Shown here in pieces: positions 24,945-40,540 of a DNA stretch of 64,000 nucleotides. The stretch spans positions 71,052,001 to 71,116,000 of the forward strand of contig OZ024745.1 of the NCBI GenBank assembly GCA_964016885.1. Direction: 5' to 3'. Source of the DNA: Eledone cirrhosa. Its lineage: Eukaryota. Made by a program: the position numbers and the translations under genes. The notes beneath the pieces were generated by a model. It did not search any database, was not told where the DNA came from, and was given only the letters and a program-made list of their open reading frames with translations. Numbering within the stretch: the first letter of the stretch is position 1; each line of letters begins with the position of its first letter.

Positions 24945-25380
24945 CTAATTCTATTGTCCAGTCTCTACCTCAGACCTGCTATGTAATACCAACAGGATGC
25001 TTTACTAACTGTGCTCTCCAGTCAACCTCTCTACCTCTGACCTATTATATAATTGTTTCTACTTTTTTCACAAGGCCAGCAATTATCCCAGTGTACCACT
25101 GGTACTTTATTTTATCGACCCCGTAAAGATGAAAGGCAAATTTCAGCTGGATCTTACTCTAACTGGTCTGCCCTGCCAACTCATTTAACCTACTAAGTAA
25201 TACTAACTAGATCTTTCAATAATTCTGTTGTCCAGTCAGATCCTCTAAGCTACTATGTAGTCAAAACAAACTCTACTATACAATCAGTCTCTCTTCCCTG
25301 CTATGTAATACTAGCTGGATATTTTACTAACTGTGCTCTCCAGTCTCTCCTATTTACCCTGCTATGTAATACCAAGTAAT
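24945..25380. repeat. Degenerate tandem repeat with an embedded SINE fragment (25052-25140, -)
   Basis: Recurring 'ctgctatgtaatac' and 'ttttactaactgtgctctccagtc'. Confidence 0.6.
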
Positions 25381-25734
25381 TCTTCCTCTAACATTCAGTA
25401 GCTGGTTATGTAAGCTTGACAAAAGGAAAAGATACCTGGCGCTCACCTTACACCAATATTTCACCAAGGGCCATAGAGGGAACCACTACACAATCACTTC
25501 ACCTGTTTGAAATAGCAGCCAAACGCGTCTATATCATTCTCTACCATCATATATAAGGAAAAACGCAGTTGAGATTGTAGTACTAGAAAGGGAAAGGATG
25601 GTCATGGGTGGGATGCATTTTAGTGCAGGTCTCCTGGATCAAAGCTGACAAGAGTAACAGCATAATTAGCCACGGAACTATGGGAAGACGTGAGGTGTGA
25701 CCACACAAAAGGTCCACCCCACCGCAACATATCA

Positions 25735-26090
25735 CCAAAAGTACCTCTGACTTAATCACTACCAACATCACTACTACAGCTACTATCACTGTCGCAAAAC
25801 AAACACCAGTATCACAGCCATCACCACTTCCACAACGAACCTACCACCACTACAATCAATTTGCAACTACCAAAAACAACACCATTACTACTACAATCAC
25901 AACCACTATTACAACGATCACGACCATTACCATCACCATCACCATCACCATCACCACAACCATTACCCACCTCTACTCGCACTAACATCGCTACCACCGC
26001 TACAACGCCCAACACCGCCACCACTATACCCACTACCACTACAGCCTCCACCACATCACACTCACCTCATCACTTAAACCACTATCTACA
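25735..26090. repeat. Cryptic (ACC/ACT/ATC)n trinucleotide low-complexity tract
   Basis: Direct reading. Confidence 0.8.
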
Positions 26091-26268
26091 ATGACACGGA
26101 TCTTAACTTTACAGTGCAATCAAGCGAACAGCAAAATTTCACACAAACTTACCAACATTTTTATAGCTATTTTTCCTATTTTTCTATCCTTGTTCTTGTT
26201 ATTACCATTATTTTATTTTATTTTGTATTATTTGTCCATTCAATTTCTATAGTATTTTCTGGATACAT

Positions 26269-26382
<114 letters not shown>

Positions 26383-26455
26383 GTGTGTGTGTGTGTGTGC
26401 ATATATATATATATGCATATATATATTTATGCATATATACATATATATATATATG

Positions 26456-26615
<160 letters not shown>

Positions 26616-26632
26616 CATACATACATACATAT

Positions 26633-26679
<47 letters not shown>

Positions 26680-26731
26680 GTAATAATAATAATAAATATA
26701 TATATATATATATACTGTATATACATACATA

Positions 26732-26798
<67 letters not shown>

Positions 26799-27089
26799 TC
26801 ACACAAATATTCATTGTATCTAGAAAACTGTGGCTCTAATCTAGTTTGCGGTATATTTGCAAGCATTAGCCTTCGTCCAAAGATTGCTAATGTAAAGGTA
26901 ATTTGGCATAAGCACAGTCTTTTGGAATGGTATCAAACATTTTATACAATTTCTTTGTAGAGGGGATTTCTAAAAATATTTTTTCATTCATCAAACACCA
27001 GTTTACAAAACAATATACACGTAAATAGATATTTTAAAATAATTTGTATATATTGTGTATATAATTGTAGTGTAAGTATATATACATAC

Positions 27090-27120
<31 letters not shown>

Positions 27121-27181
27121 TTACATATATTATATATGTATGTATATATACTTGCACTACAAATATATACACAATATATAC

Positions 27182-27229
<48 letters not shown>

Positions 27230-27230
<1 letters not shown>

Positions 27231-27462
27231 GGGGGGAGAGAGTTCCGTGTAGTATATATAGAGAAGGGAAGAGTTTGGTGCTAATTGGTATAGAGAGGGA
27301 GAGATTTTGGTGCTAATTGATATAGAGGGGGGGGGGATTGGAAGAGAGTTCCATGTAGTAGATATAGAGAGGGAGAGAGTTTGGTGTTAATTGATATAGA
27401 GAGGGGTATTGGAAGAGAGTTCCGTGAAGTAGATATAGAGAGAGGGGGAGAATTTGGTGGTA
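27230..27462. repeat. Short purine-rich minisatellite
   Basis: Recurring 'atagagaggg...tttggtg.taattg' and 'gagagttcc.tg'. Confidence 0.7.
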
Positions 27463-28006
27463 CTCTCGGGTCCCAAATAATATGAGGCTGGCAATAATTG
27501 GGGGGGGGGGGGCTTATGAAATCAGTAATTGTATGGTGTACGTTTGTACGTTTGTACACCATATATGAGATTTCTTGTAATGTTCTTCTTTTGTCATATA
27601 TAATGTTTTTTTAATGTAAAATAAAATTATTATTAGATTCTCCAGCTGCTGTATCAATATGAATCACTTACAATAAAATTTCGCCTGACACAGATTAGCA
27701 AAATATAATAACCGAGTGGGGAGGTGGGGGTCTGACAAATTAACAAGCGGGGTGTGGGGAAGACTATTCAAGACCTGAAAGTACGTGAATTATTGACGGA
27801 TGTAAGAATGAAAACTCAATACCGAAGTAGAGTTTAAATATTCATTTATTATGGCTAAGCCCTGTTACTTTGAAATCTCACCTATGTACTCCTCAGACAA
27901 GACTGGTGAATCTGAGGGTGCGCAGGTGAAACTTTAGAGTTACAAAGCTGACCAATATCTATAATAAATTAATGTATATATTTATTTATATATATATATA
28001 TATATA

Positions 28007-28960
28007 GGAACAAGTATGACCCCGACGGTAGAGCTCAAGCCGTTTCGACGGCTAATTCTGGACTAAATAATAATTTTTAGCCTGGTAAATAAATAGCCGA
28101 ATTTCTCAGGGGGTAATTCCTTATATGGGAAGATAGTAATTGTCAAAAGGATTGATCAAAAATTTGTTGTAAAGACAGATGATTCTATCATGGCATTTAG
28201 TGGGAGGTAGGGGTAGCTGAACTTGCCGGTAGAACAAAGAGGGAGTGGGGGAAACCCAGTCAAGCGTTGAAAGTGAAATCCAAACAGCAGATTCTAAGGA
28301 TAGTGTATAGAAGGCCGAAAGAAGTGTACTGGAGAAGGGGAGGGGGGGTTGAAAGAATAGCTAAATCGAAAGGGAGTAAACAAAAAAAAAACATTATAAA
28401 AATAAGGAAATAAATATATTAAAAAAAGACAAACGAAACTAAGGAACGTTTGTCGTTTTTTTTTATATTTATTTCCTTATTTTTATAATGGGTTTTTTTT
28501 GTTTACTCCCTTTCGATTTACCTATTCTTTCAACTCCCCCCCCCCCTCCCCTTCTCCAGTACACTTCTTTCGGCCTTCTATACACTATCCTTAGAATCTG
28601 CTGTATAGATTTCACTTTCAATGCTTGACTGGGTTTCCCCCACTCCCTCTTTGTTCTACCGGCAAGTTCAGCTACCCCTACCTCCCACTAAATGCCATGA
28701 TAGAATCATCTGTCTTTACAACAAATTGTTGATCAATCCTTTTGACAATTACTATCTTCCCATATAAGGAATTACGCCCTGAGAAGTTCGGCTATTTATT
28801 TACCAGGCTAAAAATTCTTATTTAATCCAGAATTAGCCATCGAAACGGCTTGAGCTCTGCCGTCGGGGTCATATTTGTTCCTATTACCCACTCTACTACC
28901 CTAAGTATTGAGTACTTTGGTGTGTTATGGTCCATCTGGTTCCTTACCACATTTCCTTCG

Positions 28961-28962
<2 letters not shown>
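28007..28962. mobile_element. PLE family B large fold-back (~430-bp arms); HHR-like motifs at 28019-28114 (-) and 28774-28869 (+)
   Basis: 28007-28430 is inverted to 28448-28882 with an ~15-nt loop. Consensus ACCCC-CTGAGAA-..CGGCTA...TAGCCG.c-GAAA-CGG...CCG-TC-GGGGT. Confidence 0.9.
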
Positions 28963-29025
<63 letters not shown>

Positions 29026-29464
29026 AGGTGAATAATTTCGGTATAATACCAGTTTCTTACCAAATGCGAAGAAGGTGGAAAGGGCACAAAGCATAATTTT
29101 TTTTTATTTTATATTTACAGTGGCGGTGGACCTGGGGGAGGGGCATTTAGTCCAATATAAACAAGTATCCTCAGTAGCTGGGATGGAGATTCCTCCGACT
29201 AACTGGATAGCATCTGCTTTCAGTCGCTTCCCGCCATTGAAACCGAGATAAGCTCCGGACATATGAGCCTCCGAGTAAAAGGTAAATTATTAAATTAAAC
29301 GATAGGTATCAATAATATTTCAGCGAGCAATAAAAAGTAGGACTATTTGTCTACATAAGACTTCATCAGGAAAAATATACTCATTAATTACTTTACGTTG
29401 CAAATTACCCGTAAATTACCCGTAAATTTTGTATATTTATCATAGTTTCTAATTTAAAAACAAT

Positions 29465-29640
29465 GCCATAATTTTTAGAGGAACGGGAAAGTCGATTAAC
29501 TGGTTCTTTATCTGAACGACCCATGAAGGATGAAAGGCAAAGTTGACTTCGGTGGGGTTTCATTCAGATATTAAAGAACCATAATTAAATTCCGTAAAGC
29601 ATTTTGTCCAATGCTTTAACGATTCTACCAATCCACATCT
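29465..29640 (-). mobile_element. Degenerate tRNA-type SINE
   Basis: 'cgacccatgaaggatgaaaggcaaagttgacttcggtgg'. Confidence 0.7.
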
Positions 29641-30393
29641 CTACTACATTTACAATTAATTAATTACGCTGTTAGCGCTTGCACTAATATATACATTTAG
29701 TAGTCCTACTTAGTTGTTCCCCCAGTTTATTCGTGACATTCTAAACATCTGCTGATGAGAATTTTAGCAACGAAGGTGATTTCCAAATATAGTTCTGGAT
29801 AACTTACAAGGTATTTTTTCGTATATATGTATTGTGCGCCCTTTTCCTCTCTTTTAAACTGTTGTATAATAAGGCAAATCAACCCCATACAATGTACTAT
29901 TGATGTATGACTACGCAGCGATGAGAAAATATAAGCTAGTAAGATGATCGGTGTATTTATATCACTAAAATGCATTAACTGCACCTCATCTAACAACCGT
30001 CGACCTACGTACCATAGATATGCATGATTAGGGATATTTGGGACTACAGAACAACAAGGATGGCGATGACTGTAGTAATTTTCCATTAAATATCTTTCCT
30101 ATAAATCAACAAAATAGATATCTCACTTCACGAGAAAAAACCCACTGGAGCAGACCTAGTAATCTATTATTGTATGACACACTTCAAGATATTTCAGTAG
30201 ATTAATTTAGCGCTTCAATAAATTAACTATTAGGATGTGTTTATTTTCATCGGACTTTGGCAAACATATACACTATATAAAAAGTTATCTAAATTTTAAT
30301 ATTTTGTTACAGTTATAGAAATAGAAAGAGATATACTGATTAAATGAAGGATTATAATTCAAGTGTATGTGTGTCAATATGTGTGTATGTGTG

Positions 30394-30429
<36 letters not shown>

Positions 30430-30443
30430 TGTGTGTGTGTATG

Positions 30444-30478
<35 letters not shown>

Positions 30479-30564
30479 ATGTGTATATATGTATATATAT
30501 AATATATATATATGTGTGTGTGTGTGTGTATGTATATATATATGTATGTGTGTATATATATATG

Positions 30565-30609
<45 letters not shown>

Positions 30610-30965
30610 ATATATATATGTGTATGTATGTATATATATATATGTATATATATATATGTATGTGTGTATTTATATATGTATATATATATATGTGTGTGTG
30701 CGTGCGCGTATGTGCGTGCGTGTGTGTATGTGCGTGTGTGTGTAGTCATGAAGGAAAGATTAAAATCACCTGTAAAGACACAAATTTTTCAATTATTGCA
30801 ATGTGGGATCATCCACTTTTTTTTCGCAAAATGTTGCAATACTTTAAGTCCATTCTTCATATATATATATATGTGTGTGTCACAGTTTTTAGTTTTGTGT
30901 TATGTTTTGTTTGTCTTTTTTGTTAGTTTAAAGTGTATGTATATATATATATATATATATATCTA

Positions 30966-31095
30966 AGGCGGGTAAAATTCCCGAGATCCATGGATGAGTT
31001 CTCTCCAGCGGTCTCTGTCCCTCATTATCGCTGCCATGTCCTGCGTCTCCAACAGACCAGTGTCTGTCCTTAGGGCATCAACATACGTTAACCTA
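30966..31095 (-). mobile_element. RTE LINE extreme 3' fragment
   Basis: Reads LTYVDALRTDTGLLETQDMAAIMRDRDRWRELIHGSR. Confidence 0.7.
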
Positions 31096-31297
31096 TACGT
31101 TAATGTATATAAATTATAAATTCAGCGAGAATCGCATTTCGGCGGGTAGAAAAAGCGAAACGAAACGCAAAATCATATATGATATATGTATGATATATAT
31201 ATATATGATATATATATATATATATATGATATATATATATATATATATATATGATATATATATATATATATATGATATATATATATATATATATATA

Positions 31298-31374
<77 letters not shown>

Positions 31375-31387
31375 ATATATATATATA

Positions 31388-31478
<91 letters not shown>

Positions 31479-31493
31479 ATATATATATATATA

Positions 31494-31562
<69 letters not shown>

Positions 31563-31670
31563 TATACATATATATATATGATATATATATATATATATAT
31601 ATACATATATATACATATATATATATGATATATATATATATATATACATATATATACATATATATATATA

Positions 31671-31741
<71 letters not shown>

Positions 31742-31745
<4 letters not shown>

Positions 31746-32103
31746 TTATAAGAATCAAAGTTCTGTTCAAATCATTTATATGCTTACAATTGTTTCCTCC
31801 AAACCGAGGTTTGGATTCTTCGGAGCAATTTATTAATGAATATATGACCTCCTTTTCAACCCAAGAGACATCGGTTTGGAGAAAACAATTGTAAGCATAT
31901 AAATGATTTGAACAGAACTTTGATTCTTATAACTTATATATAACTGCTCTGTAAAACATCTGATGTTATTACATTGAGCTATTTAACTTACTGGTAATAA
32001 GGTAACAATATATTACTGCCTATCACTATTTAGGGTTTGTAAAAATATATATAACTACAAAAGGTTTTTGTATTTGCATAGCCATAAATAGTATCCTTAA
32101 TAC
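31742..32103. mobile_element. Fold-back element (family D) in (TA)n
   Basis: 31742-31807 is inverted to 31871-31938; the right arm extends to ~32103. Confidence 0.8.
31781..31827 (-). ncRNA. Minimal hammerhead ribozyme, U4C variant
   Basis: TGCT-CCGAAGA-aTCCAAAC-ctcg-GTTTGGAg-GAAA-CAATTG-TA-AGCA. Confidence 0.78.
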
Positions 32104-32126
32104 TATATATATATAGATATATATAT

Positions 32127-32223
<97 letters not shown>

Positions 32224-32281
32224 TATATAGATATATATATATATATATATATATACGATATATATATACGATATATATATG

Positions 32282-32329
<48 letters not shown>

Positions 32330-32589
32330 AAGTGTGTGTATGTATGTATGTATGTATGCTTTTACGAGAGCTCGTCCTCCGGACTGTCATAGAGGCAACA
32401 TCGTATTCGTCGAACCTCTTTTCGATTAGCCTGTATTACATTAGAAATGGTACATAACAACCATATTAATTAAGATGCCTCTTGTTTCAAAGCCTGTCCT
32501 GTATTGGCCATAATGTTATCTTAAGGTATTCCAATGATTTGCTTCTATTCAGGCAAGACATAAGATGACTGGCATTACTTCATATAAGA

Positions 32590-33000
32590 TATCGTGAGGA
32601 TTTTAAGTGCGGGCAACCTCTAAATATCTTGTTCTTAGTGTTAAGGAATTCATTGGGGGTTTCAATTTCAGTAATATCCTGAATTTCTCGCTTAGGCAAG
32701 GTAAACACCTCTTAGTTCATGTGATGTAAGGTCTGGGCTTATCTAGGATACTCCTTTTAATTTTCGTATATGGCCTTTACATTTCGGATCCCATGCTCAG
32801 ATTGCCAGTGCCATAGCTGTCCTCATTTGCTGATGTCTGAATTACGGGATATATGAGTAGTACCGGTGTGTAGTAAAAGTAAATTCAAAAATAGGAAAAG
32901 TAATATTAGAAGACATAATCCTCCGAATAGGTTAAATGTTCGTTTTAATGTGACCAAGATATTGCTGGCTCTTATCGATATGCATTTCCTATCGACCATG
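32590..33000 (-). pseudogene. Highly degenerate PLE GIY-YIG remnant
   Basis: SILDKPRPYIT*TKRCLPCLSEKFRIL and, after a frameshift, FLNTKNKIFRGCPH. Parallels the C-termini at 13552 and 22745. Confidence 0.65.
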
Positions 33001-33664
33001 GTTATCTCATCATCTTTAATAACGTAAAGGCGAACTGCAGTTACATCAGCAACCTCGCTGCTTTCATAGCCAGAATAAACAGAAAAAAATCTTCTATTAC
33101 AAAAAACACAAAGCTATTCTCCACAATACAATTACAATTACAACCATAATGTCTGTACTCGACAGCTTACTGATTGAACTAAGGTCACTATTACAAATAA
33201 ATGCGAAACAAAATACTATATAAAGTTTACTGAAATTTTATTTTTAAATGTTTTCACAACATATGTATTCAAGTCAGATACACATACGTCTCACGATCTC
33301 ACTAAACAAATTTATTTGTAGTTTTCTAACATTTTCTTTTTTTAGTTAATCAAATCATGACCAATAATGTTTCGGCTGATTTATGAATATTTTTGTTTAT
33401 AAATGTCCACGGTGCTACCCTTTCTCAATCGTTTGAATAATTGGCAACGTAAAACGAAGAGTAATGATGCAAGTCATTTCAGATTCTAATAATATGTATG
33501 TGTACATGTGGGTGAGGGGACAGGTTTAAAGTCTAAAAACTGGTTTGTATTTGTGTAACTTAGCGCTTCGGTAAATAGAGATCGATATGAAACCAATCCT
33601 TGACGGTGGCGGCGGCGCACCAGTTTGGCTTCATTCCATTGAATGAAAACAGTAACAATGTTGG

Positions 33665-35006
<1,342 letters not shown>

Positions 35007-35306
35007 TGTGTATGTGTATGTCTGTCAAATATATATGGAGTTAATCCGAGGAGAGTTAATAATGCCAAGTAATAATAGTTTAATAGTATCAAGTTCAATG
35101 TGTTTATGTCATTATAGATGGGAAAAGAAATTCAGAAGAGATGTTATTTAAACACTAGAACATATATAACAATATGAGATGACAGAGTAGATTTCTAGAA
35201 ACCATTTCACAGCTTTAAAATACATCTTATTCAATTACTCCTTATGTTATAGTTAAAGAGATAAAATATGGAGTATAAAGAATCATTATTAAATATTGTA
35301 CCTTTT

Positions 35307-35484
35307 AGGGCGGTGAATTGGCAGTATCGGTAGAGGGTCGGACGCCTTGCTTTGACGTATAGAGTTATGGCCCTTGCCATTCTGAGTTCAAATCCCACCG
35401 AGGTTAACTTTGCCTTTCATCCTTACGGGGTCGATAAAATAAAGTACCAGTAATGCACTGGGTTTGTGCCAAAAGTAGAAACAG
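35307..35484 (+). mobile_element. Full-length tRNA-type SINE with 21-bp TSD
   Basis: TSD TTATTAAATATTGTACCTTTT at 35286-35306 and 35485-35505. A-box-like TGGCAGTATCGG and B-box-like GTTCAAATCC. Confidence 0.9.
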
Positions 35485-35653
35485 TTATTAAATATTGTAC
35501 CTTTTCAGAAGCACCATGAATGATTATACAATTGCCTGCCATTCAACAAGTCCAAAAAAAGAGTTGTACCTTTGGAAGACTCCGTTTTTTATGAAAACAA
35601 ATATTATGTTGTGGTATGCTCAATATTTGTCTTCTTTAAATAAATTGAAATAA

Positions 35654-35840
35654 CTGTTTCTACTTTTGGCACAAGGCCATCAATTACCCAGTGCATTACT
35701 GGTACTTTATTTTATCGACCCCGTAAGGATGAAAGGCAAAGTTAACCTCGGTGGGATTTGAACTCAGACCGCAAAGGGACGTAACTATGCTGGAAAGCAT
35801 GGCGTCCGACCCTCTACCGATACTGCCAAGCCACCACCCT
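35654..35840 (-). mobile_element. Full-length tRNA-type SINE with ~17-bp TSD
   Basis: TSD TAAATAAATTGAAATAA at 35637-35653 and 35840-35856. Confidence 0.9.
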
Positions 35841-35946
35841 AAATAAATTGAAATAACACGAATTAAATAAAATGTATTGAAACATACGTAAAACTAGTAA
35901 AGGGTTTAAAGAAATCTACTTTGCCAGCTCATATTATGTATATAAA

Positions 35947-36246
<300 letters not shown>

Positions 36247-36249
36247 CAC

Positions 36250-36326
<77 letters not shown>

Positions 36327-37469
36327 TATATATATATATAGAGAGAGAGATAGCGAGAGAGAGATGGATGTACATGAAGATATATGTATGGATGGATGGA
36401 TGTTTACATAGATATTGTCGAAAACAATTCCTGAACGCTTTCTATCAAAGGGAGATATACGTTTTTAAGTCATAAAAGCTGACAAAACTGTTGAAGGGGA
36501 AGTAAAGTAGAATTGAAGAGATTTGGAAAATTGAATGAAATTAATAAAATGAATAATTTCTTTATTGACCACTAGGGTCAGCTGGGAAATTACATAAAAT
36601 CCAGGAAAACAAATTACGTTTTACCTTAGAGGTTGACAAACCCTTTTTAGAAGCCAGAGGCACCAACTAGACTACATTTTAATTCTTATATTCCTGTCGT
36701 CATGCTTTTTTTTCTTTTTTTTTTTTTTTCTTTTGCTATGGATAGCTAGACTGGACTTGAACTTGCAGCTGAGCTGATGGATCCAGCAAACAAGGACATT
36801 CTCTACAGTCATTGTGGGCCATACCTTTCTTTTGAGCATAATATGTTCTTATATCCCAAGCTCATTTACTTGAAATTGTCACCATGCCTAAACAAGCTTG
36901 AATAGAAAGTGCCACTAAGATCTCAAACTCTACAATTGACTGACTTTCCTTGATATTGGCTGACCACGTAGAAATTCCACAATTTTATTAGAAACAACCA
37001 CTAAGTATTAAAGGTCTCCCACTTAACGCAAATGAAATCTGGATAATTACCGGCTTATTGAGCTTCTGGGATTGGAGCAAACATTAAGGAACATACAATG
37101 AGGTGGAGGAATAAACGTTTGATTCTCCTCAGAATGATTTGATATACTTTCGGCAATATTGAGAATATGGAAATATAGGAGTATAGATGTATCTTAATTT
37201 GATTTAAATGCAGTGAATGGAAGAATCGGTAAAGCGAGAACAAAAAGCTTTATATGGTTTCTGCACGCTTCGCATTCGAATCCCACCACTGCTGGTTTTA
37301 TTTGTCCTTCTTTTGAAGTTCGATAAGATAATTACCAGGGAATGTCTAGACGGGATTTAACCAATTAGCCTCATAGTCCGACACGATTTACGATCTACCA
37401 ATAGATGTAATAAATCAGTGAAATAAAATATATAAAGTCAGTGCATGACAAATATGGTAGAGTCGATAA

Positions 37470-38361
37470 TCTATATATATAAAACTGTGGTTGTCTGTCT
37501 GTCTATCGATTTTTGGCACACATCTCCTCTTAGAATCTCTCACGGAATTGCACCGAAATTGCTATACTTGTACATTGAGCCCTAGCGAAGACATCGGGAA
37601 AAAAAATTTCAAATTGACCCACCCTATGTGACGAAATCGAATATAATGTATCGATTTTTGAGCGTAAGTGATCAGTTATTTCCCTTTGTTCTGTTTACAT
37701 TGAGCGTCTGCGTGCAAAAATTAAAAAAATTACGCTGGCTTTCTCAGCGTTTAAAATGACATTAACACAATACACGATTTAAAGACTACGTAAAACAAGC
37801 CTTTTAAAACAATATTTTTACTTGAAAACAAGTCTATTTAAAAACTACTTAAAACAAGCAAATATTTCGTAAAAAAAAGCAAAAATGATATAAGTTTATA
37901 TAAAATATATGTATCTATAAATTTCGTTAGGCGTGCAGACAGACAGTCGTGCAGAGAGGTGATATAGGCGTGCAGACAGACAGTCGTGCAGAGAGGTGAT
38001 ATAGGCGTGCAGACAGACAGTCGTGCAGAGAGGTGATATAGGCGTGCAGACAAACATAACTGATAATTTGGTTACGCTAATGTTTTTCTCTGCGTTGCAG
38101 TGTTTACATTTTCGATCTTTGTTAATAAATAACCAGTGCAGTTTCTATCCCCAGCATCCTCTTTTGTTATAACATTCGGGTTATCGTTATGTTTTCTTAA
38201 CTTCATAAGGCATATTGTTGGTTGAGGGAATATTAATCAAAAACACCACATGCAAGTCTGCACAGTAGACACTACAGTTTTTAAGCCAAGAAAGAAACTT
38301 AACATTGTAACTTTAACACAGCTACTGAGCGACCCCGAGCAACGCCGGGCTTTACTGCTAG
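37470..38361 (+). mobile_element. Non-autonomous Helitron
   Basis: A|TCTATATATATAAAA, (GTCT)n, terminal hairpin CCCGagcaacgcCGGG, CTAG|T. Confidence 0.8.
37929..38052. repeat. 37-bp tandem repeat (~3.3 copies) inside the Helitron
   Basis: Unit AGGCGTGCAGACAGACAGTCGTGCAGAGAGGTGATAT. Confidence 0.9.
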
Positions 38362-38394
38362 TAAATCATAAAACTGTGACAGCTTTTTACGCTC

Positions 38395-38622
38395 TTTGAA
38401 CTCAGAACGCAAAGATCTGAAACAAATATTGCAAGGCATCCCATCTGACTAATGGTTCTACCAGTCCGCCGCCCTGGATTCGTATTTTTTATTTATCAAC
38501 CCAGGAATAATGAAAGGTAAAATTGACCTCGGCTGGATTTGAACTCAGAATTCAAAGGGCCGGAATAAATACTTCAGGGTATTTCTTCCGATACTCTAAC
38601 GATTCTGCTAATTCACCGCCTA
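38395..38622 (-). mobile_element. Two tandem tRNA-type SINE fragments
   Basis: Two 'tttgaactcagaa...ccgcc' head segments. Confidence 0.7.
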
Positions 38623-39299
38623 TTACAATGGAAGGCATTAATGTAGCATGTAATAGCATTAATTCGTTCGTCTGTTGAGCATTTTTGAAAGCTCATCATA
38701 AGTTCTATCACATCCATCACAACTCTAAGTATTGTTCCTTTGCACTGGGGTTGATTCTTCCTCTAAATCTCTTTCTCATTTCCTCTCTCTCACTTTCTAT
38801 CTTTCTCTGCAAAAAATCTGCTGTACTTAAACCTGGAGATGGATGGGCTTCACCAGGCTTTAAAATGCCCAAGAAACGCTGTGTCAATAGGGGCGCCCCT
38901 ACGACTCTATCAGGGGTTAAGGGACCATACATACATACATACATACATACATACATACATACATACATACATACATACATACATTGGCAACACACCATAT
39001 AGGAAGTGTATACTTGATGGAATCAGCAAAATTACAGGGCTTGCAACATTTATCGATTATAGACATGGGTGAAAGACAAAGTAGAGTCAAGTGGTTCACT
39101 CGGAGCGACACACACTCAAACTATGCCATTTATACATACATACATACATAAATATATACATACATATACACACATACACACACACATACATACACACATA
39201 CATACACACACACACATACATACATACATACATACATACATACATACATACATACATACATACATACATACATACATACATACATACATACATACATAC

Positions 39300-39683
39300 A
39301 TGGTGGCTGCCAAATCGTTTTCGAGTACGACCACTACTTTATATCCATGTAGGAGGACCCCTACCGATGTGCTGAACGAGTGTGACTTTTAGTCCAGCCA
39401 GCGACTTGAAAACTCTGGTACAAACACTACACTTGTGACAATTATTGACACATAGTGCTGGGCCCATGGTACCATGTGACGACAAGTGCAGAGAGATCTC
39501 CAGATATAAAGCAATGCCTGTGCCGTGAAGCTTTTATAGTGAGCAAAGACACTGCACAAAGCCAGTCCCTCTCTCTTAACCAAGATGATATTTACCAAAA
39601 AGAAGAACAAGTCAACATCATTGGATACCATCAGGGTTGCAGGTGTTATATTAGAGTTTTCCTTCTCCTAGAATTCTGTCTTG
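39300..39683 (-). mobile_element. Second, 5'-truncated copy of the non-autonomous RTE derivative, in (TACA)n
   Basis: Near-identical to 4260-4645. Confidence 0.8.
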
Positions 39684-40540
39684 ACATATATACATACATA
39701 CATACATACACACACACGCACACACACATACATTCATTCATACATACATACATACATACATACATACATACATACATACATACATACATACATACATACA
39801 TACATACATACATACATTCATACATACACTTTTTTTATATTAAAATTCGTAGTGAAATATAGCATCAGTGAACAGGTCGTAGATGTATGATAAAATGTTT
39901 TGAAACTTAATATTATATAATACTATCACAATATAACAAAAGTTAATACAACTGTGTGTATGAGTGTTTTAAATAACTAGCATCCCTCAACTATGGAGCA
40001 ATCTATAGCTCCTTTTTGTCGGGGTAGTTGCCATTTTTAATTAAAATCAGTTATCGTAAATTTTACTATTAACTTCTCTCATAAAATATGTGACGTCTGC
40101 CCTGGATTCTTGTCACATATTACACAAATCACATTCTGGTTATTTACTAGCAGCACATATATACGGGAGAAAATATGCACAAAATATAAATTTCAGCTAA
40201 GGTCAAAACAACGCCTGAATTTAATTTGAATAACGTTGCCAATAGAACTGGCATTGGTTTAGTTGAGCCAATTTTCCCTAAAATTAGGCTAACATTTTGA
40301 ACTATATCCAATTTCCGCCATTCCATGTAGCTCTATCCAAATAACAATGCCAAAATAACCACTCTATATTGGGGAGAAACTTAGAAAATATAATTATAGA
40401 ACAATAACTTTTCTTTGGAAATTTCGGAAATATTTTGGGCTTCTTCATTATATTCATCGACATCGACATTACTGTTAATCACTGACGTCATCATTTTAAA
40501 GATTGTTGTGATCATTACCTATATGGTTGTCAGCAGTGTG

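Noticed and set aside
29335-29375. CTGATGA with a small stem on the minus strand (also CTGATGA at ~29752, +)
   Set aside because: GAAA and helix I are missing; not a supportable hammerhead.
32720-32730. In-frame TGA in the PLE remnant as selenocysteine
   Set aside because: It does not align to a conserved Cys and the copy is heavily decayed.
35307-35400. tRNA gene
   Set aside because: The A/B-box-like head belongs to a repeated SINE with TSDs; no cloverleaf.
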